This document shows positions 48,685-58,065 of a stretch of 64,000 nucleotides of DNA, piece by piece. Numbering within the stretch: the first letter of the stretch is position 1; every line of letters begins with the position of its first letter. The notes beneath the pieces were generated by a model that worked only from the letters and a program-made list of their open reading frames with translations, did no database searches and had not been told where the DNA came from. A program made the position numbers and the translations under genes. Where the stretch lies: contig SHXR01000007.1 in assembly GCA_009693235.1 (NCBI GenBank), positions 11,916-75,915 of the forward strand, in the 5' to 3' direction. Source of the DNA: Betaproteobacteria bacterium. Lineage in GTDB: Bacteria; Pseudomonadota; Gammaproteobacteria; Burkholderiales; SG8-39.

Positions 48685-48783
48685 CTAAGGAAACGCTGAT
48701 TAAGCTATCTCGCGTAATCAGCGTGACCATAATTTTCGGGGAGTTACGAGGGGGCGAACCCCCTTGTTCAGTTATTCCCTAAG
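48685..48783 (+). repeat. dual-hairpin intergenic repeat, full copy A (reference copy, 99 bp)
   Basis: ctaaggaaACGCTGATTAagctatctcgcgTAATCAGCGTgaccataattttcggggagttACGAGGGGGcgaaCCCCCTTGTtcagttattccctaag. Hairpin 1 is a 10-bp perfect stem. Hairpin 2 is a G5/C5 stem. TA lies at both borders, with imperfect inverted ends GGAAACGCTG / CAGTTATTCC. Confidence 0.9.
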
Positions 48784-48922
48784 CCTTCTGGAAACTGTAA
48801 GCCCGGATTGCCTCGCGGTCAACGCAGGATGCGCTAAACGGATAAGCTCTTCATCGTAGGCCGGTCACGGATCGCTTCGACCGAACCACGAACCTTGTCG
48901 GATTCCAATAATAAGGGGAGAC

Positions 48923-50047
48923 ATGAACGAGACCGAATACGAGATGACGCAACCGGAACGCTCGACGCAATGCCTCGACTGCAGCGGCACGCATGCGTCT
49001 GCTACGTTCGGCGCCAGGCGGCACTTTCTGAAGGCGCTTGGTGGCTTCGGTGCTGCAGCCGCGTTGCCGGCCTGCACAGCGCTCGACTCGGGGCCGCGCC
49101 AGAAGCTCATCGACACGCATCATCATTTTTATGCCCCGGCGTATTAGGATGCCTGGCTAGCTTGGGACAAGCAGCGCAACATTCCGCACACCCCATTGCA
49201 GGGCAGTTGGACGGTCCGGCAGGCCGTTGAAGAGTTGGATGAGGGCGGGGCCGGCACAGCGATTCTGTCGCTCGCCTCGACGCCGGGACTGTGGTTCAAC
49301 TTGCCCGCGGCGGAGGTCTCGAAGATGGCGAGGACATGCAACGAGTTCGCCGCGAATATGGTGCGCGATCACCCCGGACGCTTCGGCCTCTTCGCCACGC
49401 TCTCGATGCTCGACATCGACACGACTTTGAAGGAAATCGAGTACGTCCTCGATACGCTGAAGGCGGACGGCGTCGGGCTGCAAACCAACTACGGGGACAA
49501 ATGGCCCGGCGACAAACTCTATCAACCGGTATGGGAAGAATTGAATCGCCGCAAAACAATCGTCTACTTCCATCCGCTGGTGGCGGCGTGTTGCGGCAAC
49601 CTGGCGGTGGGGACCTTCCCCGATGTGATCGAGGTACCGCACGACACGACGCGGGCGGTCACGAGCCTGCTCCTCTCCGGAACATTCGCCCGCAACCGCA
49701 ACATCCGCTGGATCTTCTCGCATGCGGGTGGAACGATCCCGATGCTCGCCGGCCGCATCGGCGCGTTTGCCCGCATGCGGAAAGACCTCGCCCAATTCGC
49801 ACCCGATGGCGTGGACAATGAGCTGCGGCGGCTGCACTACGACACCGCCAATGCCTTGCACCCGTCATCCATGGCGTCCCTGCTGAAGCTCGTTCCGGAC
49901 TCACAGGTGACGTTCGGGTCGGACTATCCATACTTTCGGGTGGGTACGCAGGGGAGCGCATTGCAGCAGCTCGGGCTCGGTTCCTCGCAAGTACGCGCAA
50001 TCGAGCGAGGCAACGCCGAGCGGCTGATCCCGCGACTCAAGGCATAA
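48923..50047 (+). pseudogene. amidohydrolase-2 (ACMSD/metal-dependent hydrolase) family protein with Tat-like signal, interrupted by an in-frame TAG
   Basis: ORF 48923..49147 (RRHFLKALGGFGAAAALPA...LIDTHHHFYAPAY-TAG) and ORF 49196..50047 are in the same frame. The codon after the TAG at 49145-49147 continues [13 protein letters not shown]...IVYFHPL...HAGGTIP...FGSDYPY. Confidence 0.85.
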
Positions 50048-50057
50048 CCACCACAGC

Positions 50058-50085
50058 GGCCGCCCCGGGACCGGCCGGGGCGGCC
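50058..50085 (+). terminator. GC-rich hairpin after the amidohydrolase pseudogene
   Basis: ggccgccccgg-gaccgg-ccggggcggcc: 11-bp perfect stem 10 nt after the stop. Only a short TT follows, so the U-tract is weak. Confidence 0.45.
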
Positions 50086-50292
50086 TTCAATCAGCGAACT
50101 TCGACATCGATACCGGAACCCGTCAACGCCTTTGCCGTGTGCGTGATGGCGTTGCGGTGATCACGGCACGAAAAAAGGCATATCGGTCGCCGACTGCATC
50201 GCGCACCTTCAGATAAACCCGCACACGCTCACCGGCGATCGCGTCGCTGCGCTGCGAACGCATCGGACCGGTTCGCAAGAGCAAGCGACAGG

Positions 50293-51276
50293 TTATTGCC
50301 GTTCGATATTCTTCACTTCCACGATGCGCTTCCAGCGCACGATGTCGCGTTCGACGCGCGCACGCATCTCAGCAGAAGAGATATGCGCCGGTACGCCACC
50401 GAACTCCGCGAATCGCCGCTCGATCTCAGGCAGCGCCAAAACGGCTCGCAACTCGCGACTGATGCGATCGATGATGGCAGGCGGTGTTGCGGGCGAGGCC
50501 ATCAGACCTTGCCACGATATCAGTTCGATCTCGCGCAACGTCTCGGCTACCGGTGGAATCTCGGGCAACAACGCATAGCGGCGTGCGGCGGTAATGCCAA
50601 GTGGACGCAGCTTGCCACTGCGAATCGGATTGCCGGCAAAGGTCGTGGTTGCGAGCATCACATCCACGCGCCCGGCGATCACTTCGACAAACGCGAGCGC
50701 CTCACCCTTGAAGGGCACGTGAATCATGTTCGTGCCGGCTTCCATATTCAGCCACTCGCCCAGCAGGTGGTGAATGCTGCCGATGCCGGGCGAGCCATAA
50801 CTGATCCGGCCGGGTGCCGCCTTCGCGCGGGCAATGAGATCGGCAAACGACTTGATCGGCGATTCCGGCACCACCCCGATCACCATCGGATAAGCGATAA
50901 CGGTGCTGATCCACGCGAAGTCGTTGACCGGGTCGTAGGGCAACTTCTTCATAATCGCAGCGGTACTCGCATGGCCGCCACTCAGAAGCCCGAGTGTGTA
51001 GCCGTCCGGCGGCGACTTCACCACCGCGTCGTTGGCGATAAGGCCCGTACCGCCTGGACGCGCCTCGACGATGATTGGCTGCCCAAGCCGCTCGCCAAGA
51101 TGCTGGCCGATCAGGCGCGCGACGATGTCGGCCGTGCTGCCACCCGCGAAACCAATGAGGAGGCGAATCGGGCGGTAGGGATAGTCCTGGGCAAATGCGC
51201 ATGGGGCCGCGACCATTGCCAGACAAGCGATTGCCCAAGACAACCCACGATGAATGAAGCCGGCCGCGCGCGTCAT
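50293..51276 (-). CDS. Bug/TctC-family tripartite tricarboxylate transporter substrate-binding protein
   Basis: Intact 327-aa ORF. Signal peptide, then [48 protein letters not shown]. Its start overlaps the cysK stop in ATGA. Confidence 0.9.
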   Translation of the reverse strand: MTRAAGFIHRGLSWAIACLAMVAAPCAFAQDYPYRPIRLLIGFAGGSTADIVARLIGQHLGERLGQPIIVEARPGGTGLIANDAVVKSPPDGYTLGLLSGGHASTAAIMKKLPYDPVNDFAWISTVIAYPMVIGVVPESPIKSFADLIARAKAAPGRISYGSPGIGSIHHLLGEWLNMEAGTNMIHVPFKGEALAFVEVIAGRVDVMLATTTFAGNPIRSGKLRPLGITAARRYALLPEIPPVAETLREIELISWQGLMASPATPPAIIDRISRELRAVLALPEIERRFAEFGGVPAHISSAEMRARVERDIVRWKRIVEVKNIERQ

Positions 51277-52208
51277 TCCATCAACCCGGCATAGAGCGGT
51301 GTCGTCAAATATCGCTCACCAAATGATGGAATGATTGCGACGATCATCTTGCCGCGGCTCGTATCGCGCCTGGCCACTTGCAGCGCCGCCCAAATAGCCG
51401 CCCCGGCCGATATGCCGGTTAGCAGGCCCTCTTCCTTCGCCAGGCGACGCGCGGTATCCAGTGCGTCATCGTTTTTCACACGCATGATCTCGTCGCAAAC
51501 CTCCGCATCAAAATTGGCCGGTACAAACCCCGCGCCGATACCCTGAATCACATGCGGCCCTTTTTGCCCGCCTGAGAGGACAGGTGAAGCATCCGGCTCG
51601 ACCGCCACGCATCGAAAGCCGGGCTTTTTCGCTTTGATTGCCTTGCCGATGCCGCTTAGCGTGCCGCCCGTACCGATACCCGATATCAGGATGTCGGCGC
51701 GACCATCGGTGTCGCGCCAGATTTCCTCGGCGGTGGTGCGGCGATGCACTTCCGGATTCGCCGCGTTATTGAATTGCTGCGGCATGAAATATTTCTTTGG
51801 GTCGGATGCGACCAGCTCTTCGGCGCGTTTCACCGCACCCATCGCCCCTTCGGCAGCGGGGGTGAGAATCAACTGCGCACCATAGGCGCGAATCAACGCC
51901 CGGCGCTCGCGGCTCGCCGATTCAGGCATTGTGAAGATCGCCGGATATCCTTTTACGGCACACACCATCGCCAACGCAATGCCGGTGTTGCCGCTGGTCG
52001 GCTCAACGATCGTCGTGGCCGGGCCGATCAAGCCGGCCCGCTCGGCCGCCTCGATCATGGACACACCGATGCGATCCTTGACGGAGAGCCCCGGGCTGAA
52101 GAACTCGAGCTTCGCCAGAACTTCGGCTTGGCATCCCTCTGTGAGGCGATTGATTCGCACCAGCGGGGTGTTGCCGACCAATTCGGTGACGTCACGGGCG
52201 ATCTTCAC
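51273..52208 (-). CDS. cysK: cysteine synthase A (O-acetylserine sulfhydrylase)
   Basis: 311-aa [17 protein letters not shown] lysine context [40 protein letters not shown]. Confidence 0.9.
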   Translation of the reverse strand: MKIARDVTELVGNTPLVRINRLTEGCQAEVLAKLEFFSPGLSVKDRIGVSMIEAAERAGLIGPATTIVEPTSGNTGIALAMVCAVKGYPAIFTMPESASRERRALIRAYGAQLILTPAAEGAMGAVKRAEELVASDPKKYFMPQQFNNAANPEVHRRTTAEEIWRDTDGRADILISGIGTGGTLSGIGKAIKAKKPGFRCVAVEPDASPVLSGGQKGPHVIQGIGAGFVPANFDAEVCDEIMRVKNDDALDTARRLAKEEGLLTGISAGAAIWAALQVARRDTSRGKMIVAIIPSFGERYLTTPLYAGLME

Positions 52209-52265
52209 AGCGGCTCTCCTGGTGTGAGTACGTTGCGCTAAGGTTTGCGCGGGTCATCCACGGGG

Positions 52266-52475
52266 TTAACGTACGTAATCCCCCCATGGTCCGGTGCCAT
52301 TTAACTGAACGATGACCTCATCGTTGGTCCAGGCGAAGTGCTGATGCTTTGGCTGCATGATCATCAATCCGCCGGCCGGGACGGCCATCGATTTGTCCAG
52401 GTCGAGCTTATCACCGGAGCCCATGTAGAACGTTCCGGACAATACGGTAACGCGTTCCACGGTCGCGGCGAGGCT
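52266..52475 (-). pseudogene. 3' stump of a small cupin gene
   Basis: Only the C-terminal ~70 codons read as cupin (TVERVTVLSGTFYMGSGDKLDLDKSMAVPAGGLMIMQPKHQHFAWTNDEVIVQLNGTGPWGDYVR). The rest of the ORF is antisense to another remnant. The 5' boundary is uncertain by about 50 nt. Confidence 0.45.
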
Positions 52476-53446
52476 TATTTCGCCGACGCCAAGCCGGAAC
52501 CCGCGATCGATTGTTTTACGCGCTCGATCGCCTTCGCCAAGGCAATCGGCGACAAGAGCTGCGAGTCGGAAAACCTGATGATGATCGGCTGGGCGAGCCT
52601 CGGGTCGATGGGGCTTGGCGACTATCCGCGCGCGATCACGCATCTGGACGCCGGCCTTGCCATCGCGCGGGCCGCCGATCTCGCCTGGCATATCGGTCCC
52701 CTGCGGATTGCACGCGATCACATCCGCCACTGCCTTGGGCAGTTCGGCGAAGCCTGGCAGGGCCTCAACGAAACGTTGAAGCGATTGGAAGAACTGCACT
52801 TAGTCCGCTACCAGATGATGGCCTGCAACATGCTGGGGCACCTGTTGCTTGATTTGTCGCTCGATGCTCAGGCAACGGCCGCATTTGACTGCGGACTCGC
52901 GATCGCCAATCAAGCCAATATGACTTATTGGACCCCGCTTCTGCATGCCAATCGCGCGATCGCGCGAGTGCGGCAAGGTGCGCCGGATGTGGAATCGGAA
53001 CTGGTGAGCGCGCTCGAGCATTCGCTGACCAATCGGGAAGGCTGGTTCCTGCCACGCTGTTACGAGGGGCTCGCCGAGTTGCAATGGCGGCGCGGCGACA
53101 CAGCACGGTGCATACACTATGTCGATCAGCTTCTATCGCTCGCCGAACAGGGCAATCTGCGCGAAGTGCGCGCGCGGACAGCGATGGCGGGGTGAAGCGA
53201 TGCTGGCAAGCGGTCATCACGAAGCGGCGAATACCGAATTGCGCGCCGCGCTTGGTACGCTGCGCTTATCATGGGATATTCATCACGCGTTAGCGCGAGT
53301 CTCACGCGTTAGCGCGAGTCTCACGCGTTAGCGCGCAACCCGAAACGGCCAAACGCCACGACGCTGATGCGCTCGATCTGCGGACCAGAATCGAATTGAG
53401 TCTACGCGACACCGATTTACGGCTGGGACCAAACGATCTCGTCTAA
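52440..53446 (+). pseudogene. 3' remnant (TPR-like repeat region) of a large regulatory protein, at least 2 frameshifts
   Basis: No N-terminal domain is present. TPR-like helical repeats (AIDCFTRSIAFAKAIGDKSCESENLMMIGWASLGSMGLGDYPRAITHLDAGLAIARAADL...) continue through three frames (52338.., 53119.., 53348..) to TAA 53444-53446. Confidence 0.45.
53284..53335 (+). repeat. 19-bp tandem repeat, ~2.7 copies
   Basis: cacgcgttagcgcgagtct x2 followed by cacgcgttagcgcg. It lies inside the decayed TPR-regulator remnant. Confidence 0.85.
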
Positions 53447-54227
53447 AGCCCCAGAAAATCCAACACCGCCCGATCGAAGATCTCGGTCTGCTCGATATTC
53501 GGCAGGTGCCCCGCGTTCTTGATCACCACCAACTTCGAGCCTTGAATCCCGCGCTGTAGGAACTCAGCGGCGCTCACCGGCGTGCCGACATCCTGTTCAC
53601 CCACGATGATCAACGTAGGCATCTTGATGTCGGCAAGGATTGATGCCTGATTCATTTTCTTGATCGCATGCGCGCAACCCACCAGACCATCGACCGCGGT
53701 ACGTGAAATCATCGTGGCCATTTTCTCCATCTGCGCGGGATGAGTCTCACGATAGGATTGCGTGAGCCAGCGCTCCGTCATCCCCTTCACAAACGCGGAA
53801 GTTCCCTTGCTTTGCGCAAGGGCAATGCGATCGTCCCATGCCGATTCCGGGGTAAATGGCACGCGGTATCGCAAAGGACCACCGTTCGCAGCCGTGCTGC
53901 GTGCTTCGCGGCCAGACATTGCGCAATCATGCCGCCCATCGATAGCCCAAGAAAATTCACCCGATCGATCCGCAACGCATCGAGCAGTGCTACCACATCG
54001 GCGGCCAGGAGATCGATGGTGTACGGGCCGGGCGTAGCTTCCGTCCCGCCATGACCGCGCGTGTCGTAGCGCAGCAATCGATACTTCGCGGCAAACGCCG
54101 GCACTTGCAAGTCCCACATGCCGTAATCGGTCAGAAGTGAATTGCTCAACATGAGAACGGGTGCATTCACAGGGCCATCGAATTGATAGCTGATCTCGAT
54201 GCCGTTGGCTTTGATGCGGCTGGACAT
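53443..54227 (-). pseudogene. alpha/beta hydrolase, 3-oxoadipate enol-lactonase (PcaD)-like, one frameshift
   Basis: ATG 54227 (GAGGAAAG SD). MSSRIKANGIEISYQFDGPVNAPVLMLSNSL...GLSMGGMIAQ...VLCDTA in ORF 53787..54323. It continues as VPFTPESAWDDRIALAQSKG...NAGHLPNIEQ in ORF 53443..54117. The switch is near 53860-53866. Confidence 0.8.
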
Positions 54228-54276
54228 GGCCGGCTTTCCTCGCGGATTGGTAGGGCTTCGATCGCCCACAGAGTTA

Positions 54277-54373
54277 CCAAGGGAACTCTGATTAGAACCT
54301 ATCTCATCAATCCGCGTTCTCAAAGATCGAGGGAGTTACGAGGGGGCGAGGTCCTTGTTCAGTTAATCCCAAG
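54277..54373 (+). repeat. dual-hairpin intergenic repeat, full-length degenerate copy D
   Basis: ccaagggaactctgattagaacctatctcatcaatccgcgttctcaaagatcgagggagttacgagggggcgaggtccttgttcagttaatcccaag. The right half is well conserved; both stems are eroded. Confidence 0.8.
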
Positions 54374-54437
54374 CATATACACGGGATCAAATCTGCGCCG
54401 CCAGGCGCGCAATCGGGTAGCCTCGCCGCATCCTGCC

Positions 54438-54953
54438 ATGACCCTTAATACTCGGCACGTCCCTATGCCATCCACCGCCAACGAAGTCGGCAAGTACCAG
54501 ATCGGCCTGCGCTCCTATCGTAATATCGGTTGGGCCCTCGTGGTACTCGGCGCGCTTTGCATCGTCGGCGCATGGTCGGCGCAGGTGTATTGGGCAACGG
54601 GTGTATTCGGGCTGCTTAGCGGAGTGGGGCTCTACATGGCCCTTGCCGCTGGGGGGTTCGATTTGGATGCGGACGGCATTCGTCACCGTTCGACGTTTGG
54701 CGCCTGGGCCATCAAGTGGGATGAGATCACGCATGTCGAAATCGGCGTAACCGACGGCACCTTCGTACTGGCCGGCAGCACCAAGCGCTTCATCTTGTCG
54801 CCATCTGGTTGGTGGTCCGGACTGGATACGGGCGGTGCGCTCGATTTTCTGGTTGAACAACTAAAGGCCCGCAATCTGCCGCCGCAACCGAGCCGGACCG
54901 CTGCGTACAAGATCATGAAGAACACGCGGGTGGAAAGACGCGCCGCGCTGTAG
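54438..54953 (+). CDS. hypothetical two-TM membrane protein
   Basis: ORF 54183..54953; its 5' part is a repeat copy, so ATG 54438 (or 54465) is the likely start. Two hydrophobic helices (IGWALVVLGALCIVGAW and VFGLLSGVGLYMALAAGGF), then a ~100-aa soluble tail. Confidence 0.5.
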   Translation: MTLNTRHVPMPSTANEVGKYQIGLRSYRNIGWALVVLGALCIVGAWSAQVYWATGVFGLLSGVGLYMALAAGGFDLDADGIRHRSTFGAWAIKWDEITHVEIGVTDGTFVLAGSTKRFILSPSGWWSGLDTGGALDFLVEQLKARNLPPQPSRTAAYKIMKNTRVERRAAL

Positions 54954-54984
54954 CGGGTTACGAATTCGCCGCGGGTCGGATCGA

Positions 54985-55080
54985 TTAGGGAAACGCTGAT
55001 TGAGCTTTCCCGCTCAATCAGCGTGCTCAAATATTCAGGGAGCTACGAGGGGCGAGCCCCCTCGTTCAGTGATTCCTTAG
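54985..55080 (+). repeat. dual-hairpin intergenic repeat, full copy B
   Basis: ttagggaaacgctgattgagctttcccgctcaatcagcgtgctcaaatattcagggagctacgaggggcgagccccctcgttcagtgattccttag. Collinear with copy A, and both hairpins are kept by compensatory changes (GATTGAGC...GCTCAATC). Confidence 0.9.
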
Positions 55081-55323
55081 TCCGACCCAAGCGCCGCGAC
55101 GAATGACGAGGGCGCTCACCACGCCGATCACTCCATTGGCCAGCACGACGTAAAGAATTGTGAAAGTCGCGGCACCACGTGCGCCTTCGCTCGCTCACGT
55201 GCGATGTTAGGCGGAATTACCGATGTCGAGCATGCCTCGCGTTGCGTACCATCAAGGTACCGACCTCATCGTCGAGCGTGCACCGGCATGTCACAACCGG
55301 CCAAGGGAAAGGGGGGGGTCGCG

Positions 55324-57968
55324 ATGTTTGGCCGAATGAACGATGCAATAAGGCCGCTCGCGATGCTTGCGATGCTTGCGATGCTTGCGTTGCTCACACT
55401 CGCCGGCTGTGGCGGCGGTGGTGAGGGTGGGGGTATTGCCGGGCTTCCTAGTCCCAGCAGCAACGATGCATTTTCTCTGTCTGCATCAAGCGTCTCTTTT
55501 CAGGATTTCAGGGCGACCATCAAAACGCAAAGACGGTGGTCGTGACCATGCACCGCGGGAATTTTCTTATCGAGGCAACTACCAACGGCAGACTGGTTAC
55601 CGGAACCTTCAATGCGATCAATGCCTCCACCGGCGTCTTGACCCTCAATTTACCGAACGCGTCGCTCCGGGCACCGGGCACTTACACAGGGACCGTTTCT
55701 GTTCGGGCCTGCACCAATGCGGTCTGTTCGCCGGGAAGTGAAGTTGCCGGCAGCACAAAACTGATCAACGTCTCCTTCGCCGTTGCCGCCGATCTTGCCG
55801 TATCGACGACCAATACGAATATTACTTACGCTACCAGCGGCCCCAATCCGGCTCAGCAGCCGATCAATGTGGCCGCCGCAGCAGGCATGGCGTGGAGTGC
55901 GTCGTCGAATCAGCCCTGGCTCGGCCTTAGCGGAATCAGCGGCGTCGGCCCCGGCACTGTCAACTACATCGTCAATCCTAGCGGGCTCGCGCTTGGCACC
56001 TACAACGGTATTCTTACGTTCAGCGCTCCCAGTATAGGGCGCACCAAAACGCTGGTAATAACGCTGAATATTGTGGCACCGGCAACGACCGCAGGCACCG
56101 GGTCGCTGACATTTACCGGGATCGCCGGTACAGCGGTGCCATCGCAATCGATCAACGTGACCATGAACAATGGCACGCCTGTCAACTGGTCCGCGACAGC
56201 AGGCGCCGCATGGCTGGTGGCGAGTCCGACTACCGGTACCACACCTGCGGTACTGACCGTCGGCATCAATGCTTCTGGTTTGGGCGCGGGTACCTATACA
56301 TCGAGCGTCACCATCGCAGGCGCCGGGCTTAGCGCTCCGACCACGCTCAATGTCTCACTCGTGCTGTCGACACCGACGTTGGGCGTAACGCCGGACAACT
56401 TGTCGTTCGGCGGACCAGACGGTGGTTACGACCCAAGCGGCAAGACGGTTCAACTCAGCATCAATACCGGCGCGAACGCGTTCGCATGGAGCGCGAGCAG
56501 CCCCAACGCATGGTTGCAGGTCTCACCTGCCGCGGGCTCAATCTCAGCGACCCCAGCAACGATTACCGTCAAGGTCAACGCGGCGAGTCTACCCATCGGG
56601 ACCCATAACGGGTCGATCAACTTCACCGCACTCGTCAATGGCGTCCCGGTGAATCACTCATTACCGGTTAGCGCGCGAATCGATGCGCACAAGATCCCGG
56701 TGAGCGATGTGGGGGTGGCGTTGACCAGCGCACCGTCTGCTTCAAAATTGACCCAGACGTTGAAAGTGAGGAGCAACCGCGGCGCCCCCATTATCTGGTC
56801 GGCAAGTTCGAACCAGACGTGGCTTACCGCAACATCGAGCGGCGTGACAACGGGGGATCTAGTGCTTACCGCCAACCCATCTGGACTCACCGCGAATACA
56901 GTGCACCATGCAAACGTAGTCATAACCTCGACCGATGTCTCCGTAACGAACATCGAGACCGTGCGTATCGGGCTTTGGGTCGGTTCAACGACGACGACGC
57001 CTGGCCCCATCGCACAGACGCTAGAACGTCTGTATGCGGTGGATCCGATCCGGCCTTACGCTTATGGATATGACGTGGTGAACGGGCAACCCAGCCTCAT
57101 CGTTCTAAACATCTACAACCGGGGTATCGTGGCCACCGTGCCAATCGGTGCGCCCATGGGCACGGCGGTGGTCGCCAAAGATGGATCGCGCCTGTTTGTC
57201 TCTGACGATCAGCAACGCATCATCCCGATTGATCTTCCTTCCTTTGCGGTTGGGACTCCATGGGCGAATAGCATCGCCGGAGCACCGCTTGTCGCCCCTC
57301 CCACCGATCTTGAATACGCACGATCGAATGGAGTCGGCCTGCTTATTTCCGGCAATGGGCGTTTTTACGATCCCGCGACGGGTACCCCATACAACACCAC
57401 CTTTGCGACCGGAGCGATCGATTCACTGCGCCGGGTACGGACTAGTCGAGACGGCAATTTGCTTTGCCATCAGACCACGAGCTGGTATCCGTACACCCTG
57501 AGCTGTCATGGACTCTATATCGCATCAGACACACCGAGCCAAGTGCTGCTCGGCCCAATAAAATCTGGCCTTGCGGGGAACGGGACCCAGGCTGGATCCG
57601 ACTTCGCAATCAATTGGAACGGAACACGTGTGTACGTTCCATCCTTCATGTGTTGTTCCGCTGCGACGGGTGAGTTCCGGGTTTTCGATGCGACGACATC
57701 GACTGCGACCATGGCCGAAACGCAAACATTCCACTATGCCGGCAACCCGAACGGCGTCGAGATTCATCCGGATGGTCGGATTTTCTTCGGCAGCGCGGTC
57801 GCGGGAACGGGCACGGATGTTTGGGTTCACGACAGTAACGGGGCATTCCTCACCAGTTACGAGCTGTCTTCCTCCGCAGGCGCCTTGTCCACGCTCATGT
57901 TTTCGGGTGACGGTCTCCAGGCAATCGCCATTTCCGACCGCGTCTTGATCACTACGATTGGTCCGTGA
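55324..57968 (+). pseudogene. large lipoprotein with five tandem Ig-like (BACON-type) repeats and a C-terminal beta-propeller-like domain, frameshift after the signal peptide region
   Basis: ATG 55324 sits behind a G-rich SD. The lipoprotein signal MFGRMNDAIRPLAMLAMLAMLALLTLAGC and first ~55 aa are in ORF 55204..55545. The remaining 810 aa are in ORF 55536..57968. The frames join (...SASSVSFSGFQGDHQNAKTVVVT...) if T-run 55497-55500 gains one T. Confidence 0.65.
55360..55386 (+). repeat. 9-bp in-frame tandem triplication inside a signal peptide
   Basis: gcgatgctt x3 (perfect), followed by a diverged fourth unit gcgttgctc. It encodes (AML)3 within LAMLAMLAMLALL, in the hydrophobic core of the lipoprotein signal. 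Confidence 0.9.
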
Positions 57969-58065
57969 GCAATCCCGGAGCCGGATTGATTCTCGCTACA
58001 TGGCAATAATGAGGGCCAGGGGTCGCATCTTGTATCATCACACCCTGCATTGAAAGGTTGCCACG

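Noticed and set aside
48506-48730. A small protein family sharing the N-terminus MSTLI(A/E)R(D/E)S(L/S)ISVSL or MVTLITRDSLISVSL (ORFs 48506..48730(-), 54683..55030(-), 60812..61036(+)).
   Set aside because: The shared peptide is simply the translation of hairpin 1 of the dual-hairpin repeat. Sequences diverge completely outside the repeat, and the ORFs overlap real genes or UTRs. This is nucleotide-level rather than protein-level conservation.
48685-48783. The dual-hairpin repeats as integron attC sites or as classical REP/REPIN elements.
   Set aside because: There is no R''/R' core pair (RYYYAAC...GTTRRRY) and no intI or gene-cassette organisation. The element consists of two different hairpins rather than two inverted copies of one GTAG-headed palindrome, so it is not a REPIN doublet. 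A link to the RAYT-like gene is kept only as a hypothesis.
50090-50292. Possible remnant of a small minus-strand gene (MRSQRSDAIAGERVRVYLKVRDAVGDRYAFF..., then after an A7/T7 run ...RDHRNAITHTAKALTGSGIDVEVR-stop).
   Set aside because: It is too short and I could not assign it to a family. It may be another frameshifted stump but the evidence is insufficient to call it.
53284-53335. Tandem repeats (19 bp x2.7 at 53284, 14 bp x3 at 61076, 23 bp x2 at 45097) as possible CRISPR arrays.
   Set aside because: The units are directly adjacent with no unique spacers, copy number is at most 3, and no cas genes are present.
55085-55200. Minus-strand fragment ...GARGAATFTILYVVLANGVIGVVSALVIRRGAWVGL that looks like the C-terminal TM helix of a membrane protein and runs into repeat copy B.
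   Set aside because: There is no start codon and a stop lies immediately upstream. It could be a gene remnant or chance hydrophobic translation of GC-rich DNA, so it is not callable.
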